Origin: Intoshia linei
Lineage: Eukaryota > Animalia > Orthonectida
Assembly: GCA_001642005.1 (NCBI GenBank)
Contig: LWCA01000078.1
Location: 1 to 58,927, forward strand
Reading direction: 5' to 3'
DNA: 58,927 nt
Below the pieces are notes generated by a model, which ran no database searches, was not told the DNA's origin, and was given only the letters and a program-made list of their open reading frames with translations. Below, piece by piece: positions 24,446-37,000 of the stretch. The translations under genes and the position numbers were made by a program. Within the stretch, counting starts at the first letter, position 1; the number at the start of each line of letters is the position of its first letter.

Positions 24446-27400
24446 ATGTCAAAAAACAGTTCTTACGACAAATCTTTTTCCTATTCGAATCCTCGACTGG
24501 ATGTTATTTTGAAGAACGTTGAAGAGGCAAATGAAATTACATTTGAAACGTGTAAGATTCGTCAACACGAGAAACAATCTCTTCAAAATTTAAATAAAAG
24601 ATTACTGAATTATATCGAGCGCATTCATTTCCTCAATGCTCAAAACAAACAGCAGTCCGAATTGGTTGAAGACCTTCAGAATAACATGCAAAAGGAGATT
24701 GACGGTATAAAAGAGACTTATGAAGCTGAAATCAATGACATGCGAGAAAAGATTGACACTTTAACCAGTGATAATTGCCGTCTTTTAAACGAACTTGTAA
24801 ATTTTTAATGAAATCGTTTAAATTTGTATTGATCACATTAATGTTTCAATTTAGTCCGCCAACGAAGAAGATTTGGGAAATTTGCAGAAAAAGTAAAATT
24901 TTTTTAATTTAATCTGACGTTAAACTCTTTTTTAAATTTGTTTAGATATGGTGAAGTGGCCAATGAACTCAATGATAACAAACGCATTCTGAATCAATAT
25001 ATTGATAAAATGGCACGGTTAGAAGGGGATAACTACAAAACAAATCAACTCCACAAAAATCTTAGTGAAGACCATAAACGTTTATCCATGGACCATTCAA
25101 ATGCTATATGCACCGTTAAAAATTTGAAAAGTGTAATTTTTGCCACTAACGTTAATATGTCTAAACTTAGGAAATACAAGATTTGAATTCCCAAAAATCA
25201 GCTTCAGAAATCCGCCGAAAGAGTGTTATTGATGAATTAAACTTTCACAAAAGCGTTCACGATAAGGTTTTTTATTTAAAATATGAATAACTATAAATCT
25301 GTAAATAGGAACTTGACGGACTTCGAAAATCTGTTAGTCGTGATAAAACTCCCGAAAACCGCGAATACTGGAATAAGCAATTGGCAAATGCTTTAGATGA
25401 AATCCAAAGAATGCATGATGATAAATTAAAATCTATTAACAATGAATTGGAACGACAATACGGCGATAAAGTATATTTTTTTCAATTTTGAGATAATAAT
25501 AATAATGACATCCTAGCTGAACGATTATTCTAAAGAAAATAATAATTTGGACCAAGAACTTATGAAAAAGAAACAAACCATTCGAGACTTGCGTTCGGAA
25601 ATCGACAAAAGTCACGATAACATTAGCGATTTGGAAATGATGGTTATTTTTGATTATTAATCAAATGACATATTTTATTAGAAAGACCAATTGGATAATG
25701 AGGTGTCCAAATTAAAAAATAAAATTCAATTAAATCAATCAAACGTTGAAAAGGAACGAGAACAATTTGACGAAGAAAATCAAGTCTTGAAAGACCAATT
25801 GAAACGTTTATTGTCAGAAATTGATCTATTAACCGATACAAAACTTTGCCTCGAACTTGAAATTGCTGCCTACCGGAAATTATTGGAAGGAGAAGAAAAC
25901 AGGTATCTATAATGTTTCAAAAAACTATTTATTTGGTTTATTTTAGATTGGGAATACGGGAATTGGTTGAATCTTATGTATCAACTGAACGAAATAAAGT
26001 AGGCCAACGGTGTGATAACGCGTCTACCGAAAGAGACAGTATGAAATATTATGACACTAATAATAAGTTGAATGAAATAAAGCGTGGGGATTTCAATTAT
26101 AAATATGGTTAGCCTAATTATTTATACAATTGAATGTATATTTAATAAGAAACAAAAAATGTGAAATAGTGTAGATTACGTTCCTTTTTAGTTAATTTAA
26201 TCAAGTAGCTATACATTTTATTGTGTCTTATCTTTTGCATGTCTGTTTTTTTTATTTTTTGACAATTTATATGAACATTATAATTATTATAATGAATGCG
26301 ATCTGTCAATTTTTAATTTTGCTTTAAATTGTATTACTTTTTACTAAATTATGTCTCAGATTTATAATAACCACGTAAGTTTTGTTTCAGATCAAAATTT
26401 TTATTTATTACTTTTTATGTCGTATTATGATATATTTAAATTTTCGTTTTTTAATTTAATATCTTAATTTTTATTTTTCTTCCTGTATATATTGTTCCAG
26501 TTTTCGTTTCAGTTTTAATCGTTTTTGACTATATGTAATGTATTTATAAATCAATTATTTGAACATTTACACCTGGTCAATGTATTATATATTTATTTTA
26601 ATATTTATTAATGATTGACCCATTTTGTATTTTTTAATTTTTTTGATGCGTGTCAATGTTAGTACATTGTAGGATTTCAATAACACTTTAATTTCCATTA
26701 AAAGTTTGCTTTAGTATATTTTTTATCAACATGAATGTTAGTATTTTTAAAATTTAAATTTTGGTCGGTATTTATCCTGTTATGGTTCCAATCTCGATAT
26801 ATTGTAAAATATAATAAACGGATACGATAATTATCATAATTAGTATTACCAGTTATGTTATTTACGTCATGTTAAGCTGAGATTGATGTGACCTCTAAAT
26901 TTGTATAAATATAAATTTCCATAAATAAATTATGTATTTAATATTGTCACTATCATAACAATCTATAGATTCTAAAATAAATCCATCAGACGACGTCTAT
27001 GTTGAAAGTAAAAATAACCATACAAGTAAATATATACAATGACTGTTCGAATTGTAAGATAGAATAAGAATCGCAATATTCATTTCTACCATGTTAAGCT
27101 TACATTTAGTTAAATTCTCCATACATGAATAAGTGAGAGATCCGATAAGCAAGTTATTTTGGTATTAATCATTAGTAATAAATTCTAAATTATTATTTAA
27201 CAATTCTTTTGTATAAAAAGCTTACAAGTCTATGTATTAGCTTAAATGTATATTTAAATTTAAAATAGTAAATGTCCTTTTGGATTAATTATTTACCAGT
27301 ATCACCAATAATTTGCTCTTTACATAAATGTTCATTAATTAATTTTCTTTTAATAAATGACATAGTTCAACGATATGTACAAAGTTAATTATTTACGTCT

Positions 27401-30400
27401 TATTCACCTTCAAAATGGTAAACTTTAATACAATAATGCTAAAAAATTAAAACATTACCAGATAATCTAGGGGTAAACACGTTTATTTAAAAAATTCACA
27501 ATTTATGCGCGGGTTCATGGAATATCAGACATTGTTGATGGATCATGGGGAGTCCCCATTGGGGACCACAAAAAAATTATTTTTGATGGGTCTAGGGCAG
27601 TGATGGCAAGACTTTTCAGTTGATATGTCAAAAAAAATTTTTGCTGTTTTCTTTTCTAGTTGCGTCTCACTTTTAAATGATAAATAATTTTAGTTAGAAA
27701 TGTATGTATACTTTTCTATTATTACACAATTTTGAGTTAATTTTTCCACACCATATTAAAAATTTCTAATAAGCTTTTTACCAGCATGTCAAGTAAAATC
27801 CCTGTAAATTCCGCATGTCATATTTTTGCCATCACTGGTCTAGGGCAAAAAGGATTGGCTATCCATCGGTAGGTAAAATCTGTAATATGCTGGTTTGATC
27901 GTTTGAGTCAATTGTCAGTTGAGTTAATTTTTTTCAGTGATAACAATTGATATTGATTTCTTAATATTTGAGCTACTTTTAAAAAACAATAATATAAATG
28001 TATATACATGTATTTCATACAGTAGGACAGGATCGGCAACCTTTTGCATCTCGTGGCCCACTTTAATATCAAAAAATTCTACGGCCCGGAAAATTTACAC
28101 ATGATATATTACAATTTTAATTAAAGAGAAACGTTTCTAGTATTTTTAACAAAATAAAATTTAGGGCGATTCGAAAATTCAGTATTAAAATGTTTATAAT
28201 TATAATGAGCCAATTGTAGTAGACAATGTTTAAAACGGTGTTTAAAAGTTAATATATAAATAATCTACATATTTACTTAAAGGACCATCAAAATTATTCT
28301 GTGGGCCACTGGTTGCCGACCCCTGTAGTAGGTGTCACATTTTTTTGGAAAATTTGGGAATTTCTTTAACGTCTAGTATACATCGCTTAATTGATCGATA
28401 ATTATTTAAAAATTAAAAATAACTACTTGGACTATTAATATAACATTTTATTATACGATAATTTTAGTATATTGAGAAATTTCCAACATTACATATTAAT
28501 AAATTTAAAAAGTAGGCCCTATTGATTGTAAACCGGGATTATATTGCCCTAGCCACTCTCCACTGCCCTGATTGTATACCTAACTTAACAAACTAATTCG
28601 TTATTGTTCATAACTTATGAGAAAAGGTGTTACCAGCATTTCTTATTTTATTGTAGAGTTGTCAGATGTGATTTTATCCCAAATTACTATTGATAAAATT
28701 TAATAATATATAATAATTTATAATATTTAATAAAAAATACAATTTTACCAACCCTTAACCTTAAATTAAGGCAAAATCTCTTTTACTACATTTTTTTGGA
28801 AACTTGGATTTTACCAAACTTTAACAGAATTAACTCTTAATCCTACTAAAAAATAAAAAACCTAAATTTTAGCAACCATAAAGGTAAAATCCCTTTTTCA
28901 GAATACAAAATTCTAAACATTACAAATTAGTGAGACTCACAAGCGTTATTATATTCAGTTTACATTTAAAAAAGCTTGGTGGCCTCTGATTAAGAATAAT
29001 ATAATTTTTAAAGCTCAATTTGAAAAAACTAGGCCATCATTACAGATTTTTATAGTTTTTTTATTAAAAATTACTAGTTTGTTATAGTGTCACCTAAACC
29101 CCTTTTAAAATTTGGTTAGAAAATTACCAAAATAATCTTTTAAAAATTAACATTTATTTTAAAAGTAAACATTGTCAATTGGAAATATGTATTAACCAAG
29201 TGTTATGGATATATTTTTTTATAAAAATAAAAGGTTAAAAACCTACATGTGTCACCTTAATACTTATAATTAAGGAATTTCAAATGCGCTATTTTTATAC
29301 ATTTTGTCTATGTTTAATCAACCTGTACATTTGTATACTTTTAACGAACCAATTATTGAATTATTTATCAAAATTAAGGTTAACTTGGGGTTTACCTTTA
29401 ACAAGTATTTTAGTTTACAAACAACAAAATTTGTGTCACAGTAATTTAAATAATTAACCATCCCTGTCATGATTGCAATCTAATGAAATTTACGTGGTAT
29501 TTTATTGAAAACTTTTATAATGAATTAAATTGAGGTGTTTTATTTCAATGATTGAAATGTCACAGTTTTGAATTTTCATCATCTAAAAGTCTACTTTAGA
29601 CCAGTCCAAGAGATAGTGGCTGAATCAACTGCTTATACTACCATAATATTAATGTTGTTATACTAATTGAATTAAAGCATTAATAAACGAGTTGAAAATA
29701 TCATATCTACGCTTATATTTACTTTCAAGATTTTGAATTGATAATTTATTTTTAAATTTTAGATAGAAATGTAAACAGGGGCAATAATGAAGATTCATCA
29801 CATCGAAATAGTTATAGTAAAAAAAAACAACCAAATTATGAAGATCAGTTGAGATCAATTAATAAAAACCTTGATAATTCTGAAAATTCTAGTGATTATA
29901 AATATTGGTCAAAAGAAAATAGAAACTACGATGATAACAATACTCACATTTCTAGACATTCTATACCAACATCAGGTTACTTGTATTTATATATTATTAT
30001 TTTTGATACTAGATGGAACAATTAAAGTAAACCAAGTCGTAAAAGGAGAACTTTCTGCTAAAACCACGTATAGGCGCACTGCTAAAGAGTCAATAGCTGT
30101 TACAGACTGTTCATTGTCTGGAAATTATATATGTATTGAAAATACCGGAACTAAGGTCTATACATTTCATTATTGATAAAATTATATATTTAGGATGAAA
30201 ATATAGGAGGGTGGACAGTTTTGAGATGTGTGGATGGAGAAGACTATTCTAATGCCATAAAATATACCATCCCAGTAAGTCACGTTTTGCCTGGTTGTAC
30301 GAAAATGAAGGTAACGTATATTAATCTTTTTACTTGCGTTTATTAATTTTATAGATATTTTCAGCTGGCAAAGCTAATCGACAAAATTTTTCCAAATATG

Positions 30401-30519
30401 ATTTAGAGGCTCAATCAGTTTCAGACTGGAAAAAACCAAACCGTGAAGCTAAAACTATACTCATCAATAGCTATGGAGAGGAACGAGCAATGCACGTCCA
30501 AAAAACAACATTTACTTAA
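24446..30519 (+). CDS. Cytoplasmic intermediate filament protein with lamin-tail domain (invertebrate long type)
   Basis: Coil-1A EKQSLQNLNKRLLNYIERIHFL and rod end KLCLELEIAAYRKLLEGEENR. Tail KGELSAKTTYRRTAKESIAVTDCSLSGNYICIENTG...ERAMHVQKTTFT*. No CaaX box, so not a lamin. Confidence 0.92.
27598..27837. mobile_element. hAT MITE
   Basis: Perfect TIR cagtgatggcaa / ttgccatcactg and perfect 8-bp TSD GTCTAGGG (27590-27597, 27838-27845). Confidence 0.9.
28028..28325. mobile_element. hAT (Charlie-like) MITE
   Basis: Ends caggatcggcaacc / ggttgccgacccctg; degenerate TSD cagtagga/tagtaggt; an inverted copy lies at 56641-56942. Confidence 0.8.
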
Positions 30520-30732
30520 ATAATATCGGCAAACCAATATCTCTAGTGATCAACTATACAATTAATTTGATACTTACTAATTGCCTTTAATATTTGTTTA
30601 TTGTGATTAATATATTAAACTTCATTTCAAAATGTTTTCATTTTATTATTTACCTTTTTTAAACAATTAAATATGTAATTGATAATTAATAATAATTGTA
30701 AGATGCATATTTACATTTTTAATTTTAAAATA

Positions 30733-30900
30733 ACATTTGAAAAATATTGGTTGATAATATCTTAAAAGTAATTTTTCACTGGGAATGCGTAGATTTGTGG
30801 GGTTGAAATTTTGTATTTATATCAACTAGAATAAGCTGTATCAGAATAATCTATTTTTTTAATTGTAGGACCGTTAATTACTTCAAATTTTTTATTTTAA
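30733..30900. repeat. Dispersed repeat (copies near 19914 and 50980)
   Basis: aaaaatattggttga-aata...gggaatgcgtagattt-tggggttgaaattttgtattt is shared with 50985-51120, and the 5' part with 19914. Confidence 0.7.
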
Positions 30901-31052
30901 TGAAATAGCATAACATAAAAATAATATTTAAATGGGTAGATCATATCGATTTTTTTAAAGCTATAAAGTCAGTAAAATTGAATTTAGAGCAATTTAAAAC
31001 TTGCCGTTTAAATTAAATTTTGATGATTCATCACTAATAATTATTAATTATA

Positions 31053-31733
31053 CAGTGGAATCCGCTTATAAGAGACGCATCGGGACCAAGCATTTTGTCT
31101 CTTACATCCGAATGAATACATAAAATGTTAAGTAATATATATGTCGTATAGAATAGGTAAAACTGTAAAATGTACACATTCTATGGGTTAATCGTAGAAT
31201 GTGTAAAAGTTTTATTTATATTTTAGTTTAATTTTGGGTTTTAGTAATTTTTTTTAAACAAAAACTTTTAAGGGGATTTTTAGGAAGTTTGTTTTGAACC
31301 AAACTTTCAAGGGGAGTTTTTAATATTTTTTTTTGATCAGTTTTACACATTCTATGCAACATATACTTGATTGATTTTTATTAAAGCAATAAAACTATAA
31401 AAATCAAAATTTATTTTCTAATTTGGAATCAATAAAATCATGACACTTATCCAATTCCAATTTTGAACTTTTTTCATTACACTCTTTCAGGAAATATCTT
31501 CTTAATTTCTTTACGTATTCCATTGCCTCTTCATCATTCATAAGTACCACTTTACAATCCAATTGAGATGATTCGTTTTCAAAATATTCATTTTAAGAAA
31601 CAAATTGCCTGTCCACTATAAGCGGGTTTTTGTCCCTTATATCGTCTGTGATTGATATACAAAACAAGCGTTTGATTCCGTTCCTAGCTTTTTGTCCCTT
31701 ATAACCAGTATCTCTTATAAGCGGATTCCACTG
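31053..31733 (-). mobile_element. pogo/Tigger-like internally deleted element
   Basis: Perfect 23-bp TIR cagtggaatccgcttataagaga and TA target duplication on both sides. A minus-strand remnant (EEAMEYVREIKKIF...NQSSI) resembles a pogo transposase C-terminus. Confidence 0.85.
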
Positions 31734-31949
31734 TATTTATATTCGACTAAAAATTAATTAAAGTTTAACTCGATAAAGTTATAACTGGATATACTGTAAC
31801 CACCACTACATATATAAAATAACCAAGGTACTTTTCAAACATAAAAATCAAATTAAATCAAAACTTATTTTTAAATTAAACATTTTGCGAATATGAAAAT
31901 TGTAAGTTTAAAAAAAAATTAGTACCGGCATCTTTTTTTTCTCTAAATT

Positions 31950-33094
31950 ATGGAAAAAGAAAATTATTTAGTAGTTAGTAAATTCTATAGAGATGTTCCA
32001 GAAAATTTGAAAAAATTATTGGTAAAAATAATAAATGGTTTTTATGAATACACACATAAATTGATATTAAATGTTTTGTTGCGATATATTTGTGTTTCTG
32101 AACTGGACATGACTGAACTGCTGAAACTAGATAAAAAAGAGACACGAAAAGCCTTGTCTATTTTACAATCCGATAGAATAATTAAATGTAAAATACGAAT
32201 GGAAACGAACCCTGAAACAGCAAGTTCAACTAAACACACTTACTACTATATAAATTTCGGTTCAATACGCAACATTATAAGATACAAACTTGAAATGATT
32301 AGAAAAAGTATTGAATCAAAAAACGTCAATAACACTCAATTGGTAACATTTATTTGTCCAGAATGTACTAGCAAATACACAGACTTGCAAGTAAATTTAT
32401 TGATGGATATGGAAACAAACACTCTGAGATGTACATATTGTGGAGAGGAAGTTGTTGAAAATGACAACCAGGAAAGACAACATTCTAGAAATTTAATGGT
32501 TTCATTTAATGAACAATTGAAGGATATTTTTGAAATAATGCACACTAATCAGTCTTTTGATCTCAAAGAATATTTAATTGATCCGGACCCTTGTCCCTTG
32601 ACATTTTTACAAGATAGACATGCCGTCAAAACTGAAGAAAAACATAGAGGTGAAAAAACTAGCATAAAGGTTAACATTAAAGACACCACTATCGATTCTA
32701 ATGCTGTTAAAAAGACTCAGCCCGTCTGGATATCTCAAAGTACAGTTTTAGGAACACAAGATAATTCTGAATTTGTTCAAGACTCAAAAACTGAGACTTT
32801 AGATGAAAATGATTCCATTATGGCATCCTTAGTTAACCACGAAAAGACAGACAAAGAAGACGTACCAATTGACGATCCGTTTCTTGAATCTAAAAATGAA
32901 TTTGAAAGTAATTTTTTGTTTTACATTTTAAAATGTTTTCTTCAGATACACTGCAGAATTACAAAATTAATGTCCAAGGAAAAGCGTATCAATATGAGGA
33001 TATTACTGACGAACTAGTGTGTAAAATGTCAGCAGACGAGAAAAATATTTATATTAAGGCAGGTCAATTACTTTATTCTGACTATTATGTTTAA
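31950..33094 (+). CDS. GTF2E1: General transcription factor IIE alpha subunit
   Basis: YYYINF winged-helix motif and zinc ribbon FICPECTSKYTDL...LRCTYCGEEV. Removing intron 32908-32945 restores the conserved C-terminus VQGKAYQYEDITDELVCKMSADEKNIYI...*. Confidence 0.95.
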
Positions 33095-33233
33095 TCTTGT
33101 TTTCATGTAAATAAATTCTTTAATTATACGTTTCTGTGGCATACAAAAAATGTTAAGTTTAAAATATTAATCTCAATTATTTGGATACTGTATCTATATC
33201 AATTTAATTTATTTTTTAAATTTGTTTTTTTGA

Positions 33234-33985
33234 ATGGTCGCGCCCATTTTCAAGTATCAATTTAGGTAAATATTTGATGACTTGTGTTTGTAAACTAAAA
33301 TATTCAGATTCATTCTGATTGGGGACAGCACCGTAGGAAAAACTTCATTATTGAGATACTTATGCACTCAACAATTTGTACTGCAAGAAGAAGCTACAAT
33401 CGGTGTTGATTTTCATGCAACTCTTTTAGAAATTGAACCCAATTTATGGATCAAATTGCAAATCTGGGATACAGCAGGACAGGAAAAATTCAGGTTTAGC
33501 AATTATTTTTGTAAATATTTAAACTTTGTTATAGAGCAATAACTGCAGCGTACTATCGCAATGCAGTTGTAGTGATAATAGTGTTTGATATCTCAAATAG
33601 AAAATCATTTGATAACATTACAGAATGGTACAACGAAGCCTGTAAATATACCAAAACAGAAGAAACCATATACGCTTTATGCGGCCAAAAAATGGATTTG
33701 CATATGCAACGACAAATTTCCACTACTGAAGCCAATGATATGGCCGATTACCTGGGTATACCTTATTTCGAGGTATCGGCTAGGGAAGGAAACAATGTCG
33801 TCAATTTATTCACCACGTTATCTAAAACAGTCTACAGGTCAGTTGAAAATGGAAATTTCATTATCAGACCTGAGTGGAGTGGGGTTATTAAAGGCTTCAT
33901 GTCCCACCAAAATCAAATTGCATCCATTTTATCACCACACGAAATTGTCCTGGATAAAAAAAGAGAACGGCGATATTGCTGTTGA
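33234..33985 (+). CDS. RAB39: Rab39-family small GTPase, 3 exons
   Basis: MVAPIFKYQFRFILIGDSTVGKT...TIGVDF...EIEP...IKLQIWDTAGQEKFR...YYRN...CGQKMD...EVSA...RRYCC*. The YQFR/GDSTVGK start and non-N G4 motif are typical of Rab39. Confidence 0.9.
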
Positions 33986-34053
33986 TTGCAAAATATATAA
34001 ATTGTTGAATCATTACAAAATAAATATAAAACAAATATTTGCAATAGCATCAA

Positions 34054-37000
34054 ATGGGAATTCACAATTATTTGGACATCCTAAAAGGAAAGATTATAAA
34101 TTTTGTTAATTTGACTGTCATTTTATCCACCAGACATCCTTACCGACTCATATTTTTCATGCTTCTTATTTCCTTTTGGATTTGGTATTTTTTCATTAAA
34201 CTTTTTCATATTATAGTAAACCTCTCATTAATTCGGAAATTAAAACAAGTAAAGATACGTTCAAAGATCAAAACATTCATGTAAATAAAGTTAAAGGTGA
34301 AAAACCTACCTGGGTAATATTATTAGAACATTAGAATCAAGTAATGTTATACAGTTTCTAATCTTTTAACATCAATTTGAGTCTACAAATATATACAAAA
34401 AAGAGGTTTTGGTAAATATTTCATTGCACGGATAACTGCCGTATCCGAGACACCTCTTCTAAGGCCTCAACGAAATTTTTGTAAAATGGTGACTTCATTT
34501 TTCCAAATTGAGCATTAAGAAATGATATTTAAGAATATCATAAGTATTTTGTGTATTTAATTTAAAATTAAAATCTCAAGTCAACAGCTTTAAAAAGGTA
34601 GTTAGGGTTATTGACGCCACGCATTGTTTTCGATAAAAATTTTAGGGACCTATTTTTCATTTTTGCGTCCACTTGGTAGGTTGGACTCTGGCACGGATAA
34701 CTAACTAATACGTGTATTACTATTGTCCGTCAGTTCTTAAAATATTTACAATGCATTACCATTTCAATGGTAACTTTTTAGAGGGTTTTCAAATAATGAC
34801 ATTAATGAATTTTTTTGGCGTTGGTTTAATTTAATAATGATTAATACATCTTAACAATATATATACATGTAGAAAAAATAATATTGTTTATTTATGATCA
34901 TTGATTGTGTTAGATAAGACTTATCTTAAGTAGATTAAGTATGTTCATTGTTCAGTAAACAAAAAAATAAACAACTTTTTAAAAAAATATCGTTCACTTT
35001 TTCGTTTTACCTTACAAAACAATTCAAAACGAGTATTATACAACAATAGAGCAGTGGTTCCAGATTGGGATTCAAAACTATATGCCTGGAGTCATGATAT
35101 TCAAATAAAACATTTTATAAACAATCAATTGTTTATTTTTATGGGAGAATTTTTTATATTTGTTAGAGAGTTGTCAGATGTTAGGAATCTATCCCGAAGC
35201 CTAGACGCCGCTACATTATTTATTTCAAAAATACCACCATTAATAAAATTTAATAAACAATACCATTTCAAACTATCAGGGAAAATTCCAATTTTACCAA
35301 ATCTTATAAGCAACAACTTCCTAATCCAAAACAAAAAATATAATTTTATCAACTCTTAATTGAAAAATCCCCTTTATACAATATTTTTTTCAAAAACACG
35401 ATTTTACCAATATCCTCTTTTTCAAAAAGTCGATTTTATCAAATATTATGGGCAACAGTTTTTTAATTCAAAACCCAAAATAAAAAATCTCCTTTTTCCA
35501 ATATTTTTTTCAAAAAGTCGATTTTATTAAATCTTATGGCAACAATTTTTTAACCCAAAATAAAAAATCTAATTTTACCAACCCTTAAGGTAAACCCCCC
35601 TTTTCCAATGATTTTTTAAAAAAGCCGATTTTACCCGACCCTTAATAGAAAAATCTTCTTTTTATAATATTTTTTTTGAACGAGATATAATTTGTACATT
35701 GAACATGACCTATCCACATATCAAATTTTTAATGATTGAATTTATTTTGTCTCTGACAACGATGAAATTAATATTTGGATCGTGAATTTATATTTTCAAA
35801 TATAAAAACCATATAACCAGATAAAAGTAGGAAGTTATCATTTTAAAACTTTTCATATTCATCCCGTTTTTTATCTTTCAAAAATAAATCTATCCTATGA
35901 CCCAGCTCAAACACTCTTTGTAATGATTTACCACGAGCCAGGCATCTTGATTCACATTAATATAATAATGTTAGTGATCAATGATCAGAGTCATTATCAT
36001 TACATAATTTTTTGCTATGAATCATTGATTTTTCATGAATTTTTAATTAGCTAGTTGCCGAAACAGTGGTCTATATTTACGAAATAATTGTATTTCAAAC
36101 CATTATTGAAGAAAGTACAGTAAACGACGAAATGTATCAAATCTATGAGCACTTTTTTGAAATAAATCAAATATTACACGATATTCTTGATACAAGGTAT
36201 ATTATTTTATTATATTATTATTATGACAATTATGTATTCGGTATATTGGTGATTGCAGATTTAACATATAAATATTTGGATCATCAGAGATGACACACTG
36301 AGGTTACGATAATATGAGGCATTTCGTTTTAGTTCAATTTAATTTGTTATGATTTTCATAGATATGTTTTTTTGTGTACCCCAGCTTCCACATGCCCAAC
36401 ATTAAAAGTGTCGAATTAAATGATAATACTTTTAGATGTTGGTTATTTTTTATTTTTTTAACAGTTTCAAATTACATTTTAATATTCTTTATTGGTTTTC
36501 TAACACAATCGCATCAGTTTAATCGTGATTACTCAGTAATGCAAAATATTGATGTACGGTATTGTATTGTATTTATCATTAAATTTTCAAGTAATATATT
36601 AATTTAATTTACAAATGAATAAAAATTTTTCACTATCTTAATAAATTCATCGTCATTTCAAATCTTATAATAAATATATTTAGAGTGATAACAAAAAATC
36701 CATGCTTTATTATGCCCGATTCAACTACAGATGAAGAATTACTTTTGGAAAGGAGAAAACCTTTAATTATTTCTCCAACAAACATGTGGAACAACAACAT
36801 TGAATTGTATATACATTTTAACCAGACTGAGCCTTGATCGACGGAATTAATTGATACTGACATTTATCACTACTTTTTTAAAATAGTTTATTTGTACATA
36901 GAATGTTAGTTTCTCTATAAATGTCAACAAGAATATTGTGAAAAAACAATCAAATCTAGAATTTATGCTTGTTTTAATTATTATAGTTTCTATTATTACA

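Noticed and set aside
24446-30519. Nuclear lamin
   Set aside because: No C-terminal CaaX, and the tail motifs match cytoplasmic invertebrate IF proteins.
33585-34109. 174-aa ORF overlapping RAB39 in another frame
   Set aside because: No recognisable features; most simply an off-frame by-product of the long Rab exon.
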